Part shown: one piece after another, positions 1-7,282 of the stretch
Position numbering within the stretch: the first letter of the stretch is position 1
Layout: each line of letters starts with the position of its first letter
IMG/VR virus record: IMGVR_UViG_3300042935_001795
Coordinates: 25,643-89,642 of that record
Source: a virus
DNA length: 64,000 bases
Reading direction: 5' to 3' (one strand)
The notes under the pieces: generated by a model
What the model saw: only the letters and a program-made list of their open reading frames with translations
What the model was told of the DNA's origin: nothing
Database searches by the model: none
Program-made: the position numbers and the translations under genes

Positions 1-3
1 ATA

Positions 4-14
4 TGTAAATATAA
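4..14 (-). promoter_or_regulatory. Class I (early-type) promoter motif TTATATTTACA for a gene beyond the window start
   Basis: The same 11-mer occurs at 5476-5486, 13243-13253 and 50412-50422, each just downstream of a terminator hairpin. It resembles the Bacteroidota -7 element TAnnTTTG. Confidence 0.55.
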
Positions 15-30
15 TACAAAAAATCGACAT

Positions 31-75
31 AAAAAAATCCTGACTAAAAAAGTTATTAACAATTTTGTCAGGATT
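31..75 (-). terminator. Intrinsic terminator closing the vWA-ncRNA unit
   Basis: Inverted repeat AATCCTGAC (36-44) / GTCAGGATT (67-75), followed on the minus strand by a T7 run. Confidence 0.7.
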
Positions 76-86
76 AAATTATTACG

Positions 87-323
87 GGATCGTTTTTCGT
101 GATTTTCTTCCCGGCGGAATAACCCATTTTATAGTCTTCGGCTTTGATGTTCGCGAGCGTCTACTAAACTTCGACCCATCCTACTTATCACCTATTGGGG
201 TGGTGCGACTGGTGATCTATTTTTTATACTGGTTAAACTTCCATTTGCCTGTTATACTTGATACTATCTCTGTAATACGTCTGGCTATCATAGTTGTGTG
301 AGTACTTTTTGCTGTACCGATCC
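87..323 (-). ncRNA. Candidate long structured RNA (about 237 nt), Y-RNA-like partner of the adjacent TROVE/vWA protein
   Basis: GC-enriched non-coding stretch closed by GGAUCG (323-318) / CGAUCC (92-87). The 5' strand is followed by GUACAGCAAA. There is an internal AUCACC/GGUGAU stem and a downstream terminator. Confidence 0.55.
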
Positions 324-326
324 ACC

Positions 327-381
327 TGGTTCCGATTTTGCGTAGTTTATAATTGCTTGTATCGTTTGCTGTAAGGAACCA
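327..381 (-). ncRNA. Candidate short structured RNA (about 55 nt), Y-RNA-like
   Basis: Closing stem UGGUUCC (381-375) / GGAACCA (333-327). The 5' strand is followed by UUACAGCAAA, the same architecture as 87-323. A GATATATAC motif lies 7 nt upstream. Confidence 0.55.
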
Positions 382-388
382 ATTTATT

Positions 389-397
389 GTATATATC
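389..397 (-). promoter_or_regulatory. Late-type promoter motif GATATATAC upstream of the candidate RNAs
   Basis: Matches the (G/A)ATATATA(A/C) motif found upstream of more than 10 structural genes in this window. Confidence 0.55.
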
Positions 398-398
398 T

Positions 399-1829
399 TT
401 AAACAACTGGAGCGTATCTCTCACTCAAAATTGTTTTATCCATGATTTGTTGTGGAGATTCTATATCTCCTCCAAGTAAACTTGTCATAATTGCTGGAGA
501 GAATCCTGAAACAAGTGCGGTTCCTTTAGCATCAAATGCAACTGGTACTCCTCCGTTTCGGGATTGAATATTCCAGTAAACAATTTGAGGTACTTTGTAA
601 CCTGCATCGGCATACATTTTCTCAATTAACTGCTGAGCAGTAGGTGTCCATTTTCCACCTTCGTTTCTCCAACCTCCACCTCCGGTTGCCGAGTTAAATT
701 CCATATCCGATAGGATTAAGATTTTGTTTGGCATTTTGTCTTGAGACAATTTGTGCTTAGTGGCCTGATCTAGGATCAGTTTGAATGTAGCCTCAAGATC
801 TGTTGACATTCCCCAATCAGAGTCTGACATCTGTGTGTAGCGATCATTCAGTGAGCCACTTAATACTTGCAACTGTGGTTTACTTGAGAATGTTATAAAT
901 GCATCTTTGAAAGGACCCACATTTCTTTCAGAAATATAGAGACCTAATGAGATTGCAACATTCATACAAGTTACAGTTTTACTTCCACCAGCTGGACTTG
1001 ACATAGAACCTGAAACGTCTACTACTGGTAAAATCATATCGTTTGCACCTTCCAAATAGTTTGGCAAGGCTTTCCATTGTTCGTTTGCTACGGTTGCATT
1101 TCCACGCTCTAACGATGTAATAATATCGTAAGGATAAACTGCACCTGCATTAATCTTAGCCTCACCTTTTACAAGGGAAGCAATATACGCTGAATAACTT
1201 TCGTATGCATTTTTACCAAAGGCTTTTTGGTAACGTGCAGAAGCTACTGATGGTAATTTACCGAAGTCAATAGAATTCCAGTCTTTAGCACACATTTTAG
1301 TTTCAACAACACTTGTTAAACCTACAAGAGATTTTCTGTATTGTTTTGGGGACATTCCAGTAAATTTACGTAACTTTTCGGCTACTGCTCCTTTACGTGG
1401 CATCCATTTAGCACATAAACCATTTTCGTTGATTAATGCATCTGAAATTAGGGTGAATGCCTCCTTTTCAAGATATGTTCCTGCTAAGGCTAGTAAGTCG
1501 TCCCAGCGTCCGTACTCTGAAATTAAGTGTAAGTTTGGTCTAAGTACCAAATCGTGGTTTTCTGCCAAGTAGACTAAAATGTCTTTGAAAACTTGACGTT
1601 CTCCAGCTCCACCTCGAACATCTCTAGCCCAAAAAAGAAGTTTCATAGCACGCTTTGGGTCTTCATTAAATGCTTTAGAGAAAGTAGTAATCAAACGTTG
1701 TTTGTCCTGTCCTCTCATAGCTCCAATGTTAAAGAAAAGGTCAACACATGCATTCAATGATGTCGAATTTGTCGCCATTCCATTTTCAGTTACCATGTCC
1801 TCTTGTCTTAATGCGTCTATAAATTCCAT
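399..1829 (-). CDS. DUF2828-like TROVE/vWA domain protein (Ro60-related)
   Basis: N-terminal motifs TENG, ARDVRGGAGER, EYGRWDDL and AKWMPR. C-terminal vWA MIDAS DVSGS...T...ILSDMEF, then YWN and VSGFSP. Confidence 0.85.
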   Translation of the reverse strand: MEFIDALRQEDMVTENGMATNSTSLNACVDLFFNIGAMRGQDKQRLITTFSKAFNEDPKRAMKLLFWARDVRGGAGERQVFKDILVYLAENHDLVLRPNLHLISEYGRWDDLLALAGTYLEKEAFTLISDALINENGLCAKWMPRKGAVAEKLRKFTGMSPKQYRKSLVGLTSVVETKMCAKDWNSIDFGKLPSVASARYQKAFGKNAYESYSAYIASLVKGEAKINAGAVYPYDIITSLERGNATVANEQWKALPNYLEGANDMILPVVDVSGSMSSPAGGSKTVTCMNVAISLGLYISERNVGPFKDAFITFSSKPQLQVLSGSLNDRYTQMSDSDWGMSTDLEATFKLILDQATKHKLSQDKMPNKILILSDMEFNSATGGGGWRNEGGKWTPTAQQLIEKMYADAGYKVPQIVYWNIQSRNGGVPVAFDAKGTALVSGFSPAIMTSLLGGDIESPQQIMDKTILSERYAPVV

Positions 1830-1884
1830 TTTGTTTATTTTTAAGTTCTTAATTTATACTTGTTATAATTTTTTTATAATCTAA

Positions 1885-2448
1885 TTATTCATAATTAATA
1901 GTTAAAGAAAGCTTTCCATCAACACAGCTTTCAACGCTATGCATCGTTCCGGCTGGAATTAAGAAAGACTGATCTTCTACCAGAATATTTTCATTATTAA
2001 TTTTCCAAAGACTTTTGCCATAAATAGGTTTCACTATTACATCATAGTTATGAGAATGTTGATTAAAACTGACTCTAGAACTTTCGGAACCTTTTGAAAA
2101 ATAAAAGTTTGCATGTAGTTTTTTACCACAAACATTAAATAATTTTTCACTTAAATCTCTTAATTCAACAGAAAGATCTAAAACATCAGCTAAAGTTGTG
2201 GTAAGACCGTAATCATAAAACTTTTTCCACTCATCAAATATAAATAATCCATCTAAATCAAAAAAACCAGATCTCGAGTTTCTTCCCCACTGGTCTATTG
2301 TTTCAACTGTACGATCATTACTATTAAATCGTATTGTCCATCTTTTAGTAATTTTTAAAAAATTAAATACATCTTCTTCAGACAAATTAATTTTATGATT
2401 ATTAATTATATCTAGAGATGTTTTCAACAAACTATCGTATTTATTCAT
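1885..2448 (-). CDS. JmjC/cupin-fold 2OG-Fe(II) oxygenase-like protein
   Basis: ANFYFS...HSHNYDVIV...GKSLWKI...LIPAGTMHSV...LSLT, the cupin_4/JmjC layout. Confidence 0.7.
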   Translation of the reverse strand: MNKYDSLLKTSLDIINNHKINLSEEDVFNFLKITKRWTIRFNSNDRTVETIDQWGRNSRSGFFDLDGLFIFDEWKKFYDYGLTTTLADVLDLSVELRDLSEKLFNVCGKKLHANFYFSKGSESSRVSFNQHSHNYDVIVKPIYGKSLWKINNENILVEDQSFLIPAGTMHSVESCVDGKLSLTINYE

Positions 2449-2457
2449 TATAAATAT

Positions 2458-2727
2458 TTATAATTTATACTCAGTATCTTTGGTTTGTTTCAAAATAATT
2501 TGTTTTTTTAAAATTATTCTTAACCAATATAAGTTTACAATCCATTCTAGTTCCTCTGCTTCAATATTGTCTTCGAGAGCAGTAATCATTATGAATGTGT
2601 CGATCATTTGTTTGGCTGATTCTAGTTGTCTCAGAGTATCACATGATTCGATAGTCTTATTTATCTTTTCAGTGGCCAGTTTTGACCATCTTTCAAAGTT
2701 GTCTGGTTTAAAAAAGTATTGCATCAT
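2458..2727 (-). CDS. Hypothetical protein
   Basis: 89 aa ORF co-oriented with its neighbours and preceded by a class II promoter motif. Confidence 0.6.
   Translation of the reverse strand: MMQYFFKPDNFERWSKLATEKINKTIESCDTLRQLESAKQMIDTFIMITALEDNIEAEELEWIVNLYWLRIILKKQIILKQTKDTEYKL
2465..2492 (-). promoter_or_regulatory. Class II promoter motif TGAAAC-N17-TATAA
   Basis: TGAAAC (2492-2487), 17-nt spacer, TATAA (2469-2465). The same geometry occurs at 2753, 19236, 20293 and 63345. Confidence 0.55.
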
Positions 2728-2739
2728 TGTTAAATTAAA

Positions 2740-2767
2740 AAAACCTCAGTAGTTATACTGAGGTTTT
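2740..2767 (-). terminator. Intrinsic terminator after 2789-3925, overlapping a class II promoter
   Basis: AAAACCTCAGTA / TACTGAGGTTTT inverted repeat with a T-run on the minus strand. Confidence 0.7.
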
Positions 2768-2780
2768 AAATATTGTTTCA
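2753..2780 (-). promoter_or_regulatory. Class II promoter motif TGAAAC-N17-TATAA
   Basis: TGAAAC 2780-2775, TATAA 2757-2753. Confidence 0.55.
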
Positions 2781-2788
2781 ATTTTTAA

Positions 2789-3925
2789 TTAATAATCAAA
2801 TGGCGGAGTTCCATAATCTGTGTGTTTAACAGCGTACCATACATTTTTAGGTCCTAAAATATACCACCAACCTCTATCTGAATCAACTAGTTGGTATTCT
2901 CCTTTTAGTGAAACGTTTTGAAATTTACTAAAGTTTTTTGTTACTGGAGTACCATCTGGCCATAGTTTAGAACACGTTTGCGCTTTAAATGTTTTTCCAT
3001 CAAATTGTCCTAGAAATATTTTTGCAGAATACCCTTCTTCTTGTTCATCTTTTGCAAATGTATTAATAGAATTTTCTGTGTCTTCATTTAATGATTCTAG
3101 TATTTTGCCATTCTTTTCAATTTCATGAATTGTTTCAGGCATAGAAGTGATTCTTACTCCAATATCGCCGGACCACTTGTAATTGCGATTTTGTTTTAAT
3201 GAAGTATGATTTGCAAATATTCCACCTGGTAAATTTGTAATGATAGTTCCTTTTGGCAAGATAACATTAACATAATCTCCTATTTTTGCATTTTTAACAT
3301 CTTTCTTTAATTCATACTTTTTATTATCTAATAATGTAATAGTTCTACCGCTATTTCCAGAAATTGTTTGTAGACTTGCTTCATTTATAAACTCTTCAAA
3401 AGATTTAAACTTTTTTAAGAACTCTTTGCGTCTCTTTTTTTCTTCTTCCTCTTCCTCTTTTGCATCTCCTCTTCCTTTTGGAACGTCTCCAGAACCTACT
3501 CCAGTTGGTGAAGGTAAGGCAGTTGCTCCCATTCCTCCAATACTATCAGGAGAAACCATTTCTTCAAGTTCATGATAACCATCATTTGCCTGCTTAATAT
3601 AATTATAAGACTGTGAAATATGGTCCTGTAGCCATCCTGGTAGGTCCTTTTCCTCTCTTCCAATTTTTTGAAGTAGCTCTCCAACTGCTTTTGAAATTGC
3701 GTTAAGTTGACTCATTGCCATTCCAACCTCATGGTCTTCACCTTCTTTAACATAGTCAGGTAGTCCTTCATGTTTTGTACTTGCAAAATCTTTCAATTGC
3801 TGAAGTGTCATAGAATCTGCAAGGTCTTTAACCTCTTGGCTTGCATCTTTAGGGTCCATATCTCCTTTTTTAAGAGAGTATGCCATACCCATTAATTGTT
3901 GTTGTGCTTTACTTGTACTTGGCAT
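2789..3925 (-). CDS. Modular putative internal head protein (DUF3008-like N-terminus)
   Basis: N-terminus MPSTSKAQQQLMGMA...FASTKHEGLP, internal KSFEEFINE tag and ESLNE linker. A late promoter motif lies at 3944-3952. Confidence 0.6.
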   Translation of the reverse strand: MPSTSKAQQQLMGMAYSLKKGDMDPKDASQEVKDLADSMTLQQLKDFASTKHEGLPDYVKEGEDHEVGMAMSQLNAISKAVGELLQKIGREEKDLPGWLQDHISQSYNYIKQANDGYHELEEMVSPDSIGGMGATALPSPTGVGSGDVPKGRGDAKEEEEEEKKRRKEFLKKFKSFEEFINEASLQTISGNSGRTITLLDNKKYELKKDVKNAKIGDYVNVILPKGTIITNLPGGIFANHTSLKQNRNYKWSGDIGVRITSMPETIHEIEKNGKILESLNEDTENSINTFAKDEQEEGYSAKIFLGQFDGKTFKAQTCSKLWPDGTPVTKNFSKFQNVSLKGEYQLVDSDRGWWYILGPKNVWYAVKHTDYGTPPFDY

Positions 3926-3950
3926 GATTTTAATTTATTTTTATTATATA

Positions 3951-4451
3951 TCACACTCTTAATTGGGGATCTTTTCTTGACCAGCCAAAGAAATCAAAGA
4001 TTGAATTTTCAGAGTCTCCGGCAACTTTATTTCCCGTTGTAGTGCAAAATAGGCCATATTCATTAAGTTTATATCCCATTGCTTTTACTTTGGTTCTTTT
4101 GCGAATATTATAAAAAACAGGCCCAGTGGTTTGGTATAGACATGCGCCAAAAGAATCGCTATCGGTTAAAAATATATTGATTGGTCGTTCTTTATAGATA
4201 CCAAATACCTTTTTAGTACCACCATAATCATAGTCAATTATACCTTTAATCTCTATTAGAAAATTATCGATGTCTTTAGGTATTACAACAATGTCAATAT
4301 CTCCAACCTTTTCCGCGCTTCTACGAATAGAACCACTAATTTCTATAGAATCGCACATGTGTTCTATTTCGTGGATTAATTGGTGTGCCACAATTTTTGC
4401 ATCAACTAGGCCCGTCTTTTCAAAATTATTTTTGGCTGTTTTCTTTTTCAT
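3951..4451 (-). CDS. Minimal family X DNA polymerase (palm plus thumb only)
   Basis: SGSIRR...GDIDIVV nucleotidyltransferase motif and TTGP..YN...R...GYKLNEYGLF...E..IF...G thumb motif. 166 aa. Confidence 0.85.
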   Translation of the reverse strand: MKKKTAKNNFEKTGLVDAKIVAHQLIHEIEHMCDSIEISGSIRRSAEKVGDIDIVVIPKDIDNFLIEIKGIIDYDYGGTKKVFGIYKERPINIFLTDSDSFGACLYQTTGPVFYNIRKRTKVKAMGYKLNEYGLFCTTTGNKVAGDSENSIFDFFGWSRKDPQLRV

Positions 4452-4972
4452 ATTTTTGCTTTTACTTTAATCCAATCTCTTTCGATGTTTGATATGTTTT
4501 CTCCATATCTCCAAACGCTATCTTTTAATTTTAGTACAATACCCTCTCTACCTAGAGATAATGCATTTTGTAGAATAGAATTAACTTCGTCAAATGATTT
4601 TGCTACTTCATGCTTAACCTCGATTCCAAAATCATTTTTTAATATTTTTAACCTTTCAATTAGGTTTAAACTCGGTTGGGATGGAATAAAAATATCAAAA
4701 ATCTTAATTTCATAATCTCCACTTTTAATAGCACCTTTAACTTGGTATTCTATTTCCTCTGATTTGCTAATAATTTCACCATCTAATTGATAATCATAAG
4801 ATTGTTTAGGGAAATAGGTCGTAATGTCAATCTTCTTTTTTGTTCTAGTAAAACATTCTCCGTTTTGGTTGATACATATTCTCCATCCTCTCCACTTCCA
4901 TTGCACTAGATAATTTTCTAATGGAATTGATTTAAAGAATATTGTACCAGGCTTAGGCGGATAAAAGAACAT
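4448..4972 (-). CDS. Minimal ATP-dependent DNA ligase-like adenylation domain
   Basis: Motifs I (KWRGWR, variant of KxDGxR), III (LDGEI), IIIa (IFDI), IV (EGIVLK) and V (WIKVK). No OB domain. Confidence 0.8.
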   Translation of the reverse strand: MFFYPPKPGTIFFKSIPLENYLVQWKWRGWRICINQNGECFTRTKKKIDITTYFPKQSYDYQLDGEIISKSEEIEYQVKGAIKSGDYEIKIFDIFIPSQPSLNLIERLKILKNDFGIEVKHEVAKSFDEVNSILQNALSLGREGIVLKLKDSVWRYGENISNIERDWIKVKAKI

Positions 4973-5450
4973 CTTCGTAGAAATTTTCGTGTCTAGCAGT
5001 GTCTCTCATCTTAACATAAACTTTATAAACCTTGTCATTTGCGTTTATTTTATCACCTAATGTAAGTAACTCTTCATTGATGTGTTGTTTAAGTTTAGCC
5101 AATCCTAAAGGACCTACATTATTGATAATTCTATTTTCACTTTTAAAGTAGCTTGACGATTCGTGAATTTTGTCTCCATCTCGGGTACAACATACAATAC
5201 AATCAACACCTTCTATGGCTCCGGCGGGTAGGATAAACGCGGGAAATCCGGCAAAAGGAATAGATTCTACAAGGTCGATGTTAGGATTATCGACGACACT
5301 ATTTTTGTTTTTAAATCCCATTTTAGCAGCTGCAAAAAATGCTGCTCTACCTTGTGCAAGTGAGGCTGCTTCATTGTCATCATAACCTAGAATTTTGGCA
5401 GCTTCAAAATAAACTAGTGAACATAAAGGAAATCGATTAAATTTGTACAT
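4953..5450 (-). CDS. Hypothetical protein, first gene of the PolX/ligase cassette
   Basis: 165 aa ORF that overlaps the ligase start and is preceded by a class I promoter motif. Confidence 0.7.
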   Translation of the reverse strand: MYKFNRFPLCSLVYFEAAKILGYDDNEAASLAQGRAAFFAAAKMGFKNKNSVVDNPNIDLVESIPFAGFPAFILPAGAIEGVDCIVCCTRDGDKIHESSSYFKSENRIINNVGPLGLAKLKQHINEELLTLGDKINANDKVYKVYVKMRDTARHENFYEDVLLSA

Positions 5451-5475
5451 AATATTTCTTTGTTAAAATTAGATA

Positions 5476-5517
5476 TGTAAATATAATCAAAAAAACCCAG
5501 ATTAAAAAATCTGGGTT
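5476..5517 (-). promoter_or_regulatory. Terminator hairpin plus class I promoter module
   Basis: Hairpin AACCCAGATT/AATCTGGGTT (5494-5517), T-run, then TTATATTTACA (5486-5476). A near-identical copy lies at 50412-50453. Confidence 0.7.
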
Positions 5518-5540
5518 GTTAAAGTTTTGTTAAAGTTTTG

Positions 5541-5873
5541 TTATGCTAAATATTGTTTTTCATCACCTAACTTTGAATTTTTTAGGGCTGATGAAAACAT
5601 GTCAGTATATTTTAATCCATCTAAATCTTTCATTCTTTTGGCAATAAACTTTGCAACGTCTGCTCCGTCTTTTGCAACGTTCTTTCCTAAGTAGTGAATT
5701 GCATTTCTTAAATCTGTTAAATCTTTAATAGGAAACCTACCACCTGGCATCGCTTCTCCATTTTTTTCTAATTCTTTTCTCTCTTGTGAAGTATACTTTT
5801 TTTCGTATAATTCATAAGATTCATGAATCATTGATTCATTTAAAAATTCTTCGTATAGTTTAATATGTTTCAT
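5541..5873 (-). CDS. Putative internal head protein with capsid-targeting tag
   Basis: Starts MKHIKLYEEFLNE and contains a GEAMPGGRFPI..L.DL.NAI..LG module. Confidence 0.65.
   Translation of the reverse strand: MKHIKLYEEFLNESMIHESYELYEKKYTSQERKELEKNGEAMPGGRFPIKDLTDLRNAIHYLGKNVAKDGADVAKFIAKRMKDLDGLKYTDMFSSALKNSKLGDEKQYLA
5836..5873. repeat. 38-bp exact repeat encoding the targeting tag (copy 1)
   Basis: tcatttaaaaattcttcgtatagtttaatatgtttcat, identical to 6374-6411. Confidence 0.9.
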
Positions 5874-5874
5874 C

Positions 5875-6411
5875 TTACTTTTGGTCTATTTGCATGATTT
5901 CAGAACCTCTGATTTCAACATTATTTTCTCCAATTTGGGCATCATATCCACCATAAATATCTTCTCCGCCAGCAATTGCAGTGTTTAACATACCTCCTAA
6001 TTTTTTAGAATATTTACTACCATCAGCATCATCCATAAAACCGACGTTAATTACAAAGTCTCCAGGAATTCTAATATAAAGTGGACCTCCATCTCTATTT
6101 AATCCATTAATAGTATCTGGCTCCCATGAAAGGTTTAATCCTTGAACATGAACATAAACAACTTGGTCCATGTCTCTTACTGCCTTTTCAACTTCAGCTA
6201 GAATCATTTTTTGGGCATCTTTTCCAAAATCCCACCATGCTCCATTAACTTCTTCTAAAGTATCTGCCGCGTCTCCTTCAAAAGAGACTCTTTCAATTTC
6301 TTTTTTAAAAGCCTGCATAACTTTACCAATAATACCTTTAGAGGCATACGGCCCAGTCATTCTGTAGACTTTCTCATTTAAAAATTCTTCGTATAGTTTA
6401 ATATGTTTCAT
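5875..6411 (-). CDS. Putative internal head protein with capsid-targeting tag
   Basis: Starts MKHIKLYEEFLNE. Confidence 0.65.
   Translation of the reverse strand: MKHIKLYEEFLNEKVYRMTGPYASKGIIGKVMQAFKKEIERVSFEGDAADTLEEVNGAWWDFGKDAQKMILAEVEKAVRDMDQVVYVHVQGLNLSWEPDTINGLNRDGGPLYIRIPGDFVINVGFMDDADGSKYSKKLGGMLNTAIAGGEDIYGGYDAQIGENNVEIRGSEIMQIDQK
6374..6411. repeat. 38-bp exact repeat encoding the targeting tag (copy 2)
   Basis: Identical to 5836-5873. Confidence 0.9.
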
Positions 6412-6424
6412 ATTGTATATCTTA

Positions 6425-6934
6425 TTATGAATAGGCTTCGATGTCCCATTGAATTCTATCTAATGGTTTTTCGCCGTACGCTACATTTCTCTTAACCCAA
6501 TCAATAAGACCTGGTTCAAACTTGGCATTTTGGGCCATATCATATGCGTGGTCTGCACCACCATCTCCTGACATGTTTTTAATCCATTTGTCATATTCCT
6601 TTTGGTTCCATTTTTTAGGCTTAGAATGTGGTCCATTACCTGCTGTAGAAAATGCGGCCATCGATGAACTTGGAATAAATACATCAGTAAGACCTGCGGT
6701 ACCTGACTTACCATTGTCGTATCCAATCTTTTTTCTGAATTTAACTAGGGCATAATCAGCAGCCTCGATTTGACTGTTGCGTGACATTGCTCCAGTTTTT
6801 TTACCATAGGCTCTTTTAAGTTCCTCTTGTTTATCAGGGTCAGTTTCAAAGTGAATTTCTTTAATGCTATCAGTTCCCCAATCCTCATTTAAGGATTCAT
6901 TAACAAAACTTTCAAATGTAGGTATGTGTTTCAT
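6425..6934 (-). CDS. Putative internal head protein with capsid-targeting tag
   Basis: Starts MKHIPTFESFVNESLNE. Confidence 0.65.
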   Translation of the reverse strand: MKHIPTFESFVNESLNEDWGTDSIKEIHFETDPDKQEELKRAYGKKTGAMSRNSQIEAADYALVKFRKKIGYDNGKSGTAGLTDVFIPSSSMAAFSTAGNGPHSKPKKWNQKEYDKWIKNMSGDGGADHAYDMAQNAKFEPGLIDWVKRNVAYGEKPLDRIQWDIEAYS

Positions 6935-6936
6935 AA

Positions 6937-7281
6937 TTATCTTTGTTTTCCAATTGTTACTTGTCCCATTTGAATAGCCTTTTCGATTTGATCGTATAAC
7001 TCTTGGGCATTTTTAATATCTTTTGTGGGAATCTCAAATTCTCCTTTTTTGCAAAGAAGAACGTAATACTCACCATTGTTAGTTATATTAAAATACTCAT
7101 CTCCTGTCATAAAAGGAATTTTCTTTCCTCTAACAGAACCAGACCCTATTTCAATTGTTCCTTTAGAAGAATTTAATAGTTTAGCCACCTTGTCAAGTAT
7201 TTTATCATCCGTTGTTTTAACTCCCTCCGGATATTCTATCTTTTCATTAACAAACTGTTCGAATAGTTTAATATGTTTCAT
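6937..7281 (-). CDS. Putative internal head protein with capsid-targeting tag
   Basis: Starts MKHIKLFEQFVNE. Confidence 0.65.
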   Translation of the reverse strand: MKHIKLFEQFVNEKIEYPEGVKTTDDKILDKVAKLLNSSKGTIEIGSGSVRGKKIPFMTGDEYFNITNNGEYYVLLCKKGEFEIPTKDIKNAQELYDQIEKAIQMGQVTIGKQR

Positions 7282-7282
7282 C

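Noticed and set aside
217-291. 24-codon minus-strand ORF (MIARRITEIVSSITGKWKFNQYKK) inside the long candidate RNA, possibly a tmRNA-like tag
   Set aside because: There are no tRNA-Ala-like ends, T-loop or hydrophobic degradation tag, and an ORF this short is expected by chance. It is not fully excluded.
65-301. 78-aa plus-strand ORF
   Set aside because: It has a TTG start inside a terminator arm, runs opposite to every real gene, and the region is better explained as minus-strand structured RNA.
87-381. tRNA genes or a mini CRISPR array
   Set aside because: No cloverleaf or GTTCRA T-arm is visible. The shared motif is only 9 nt with very unequal spacing, and no cas genes are present.
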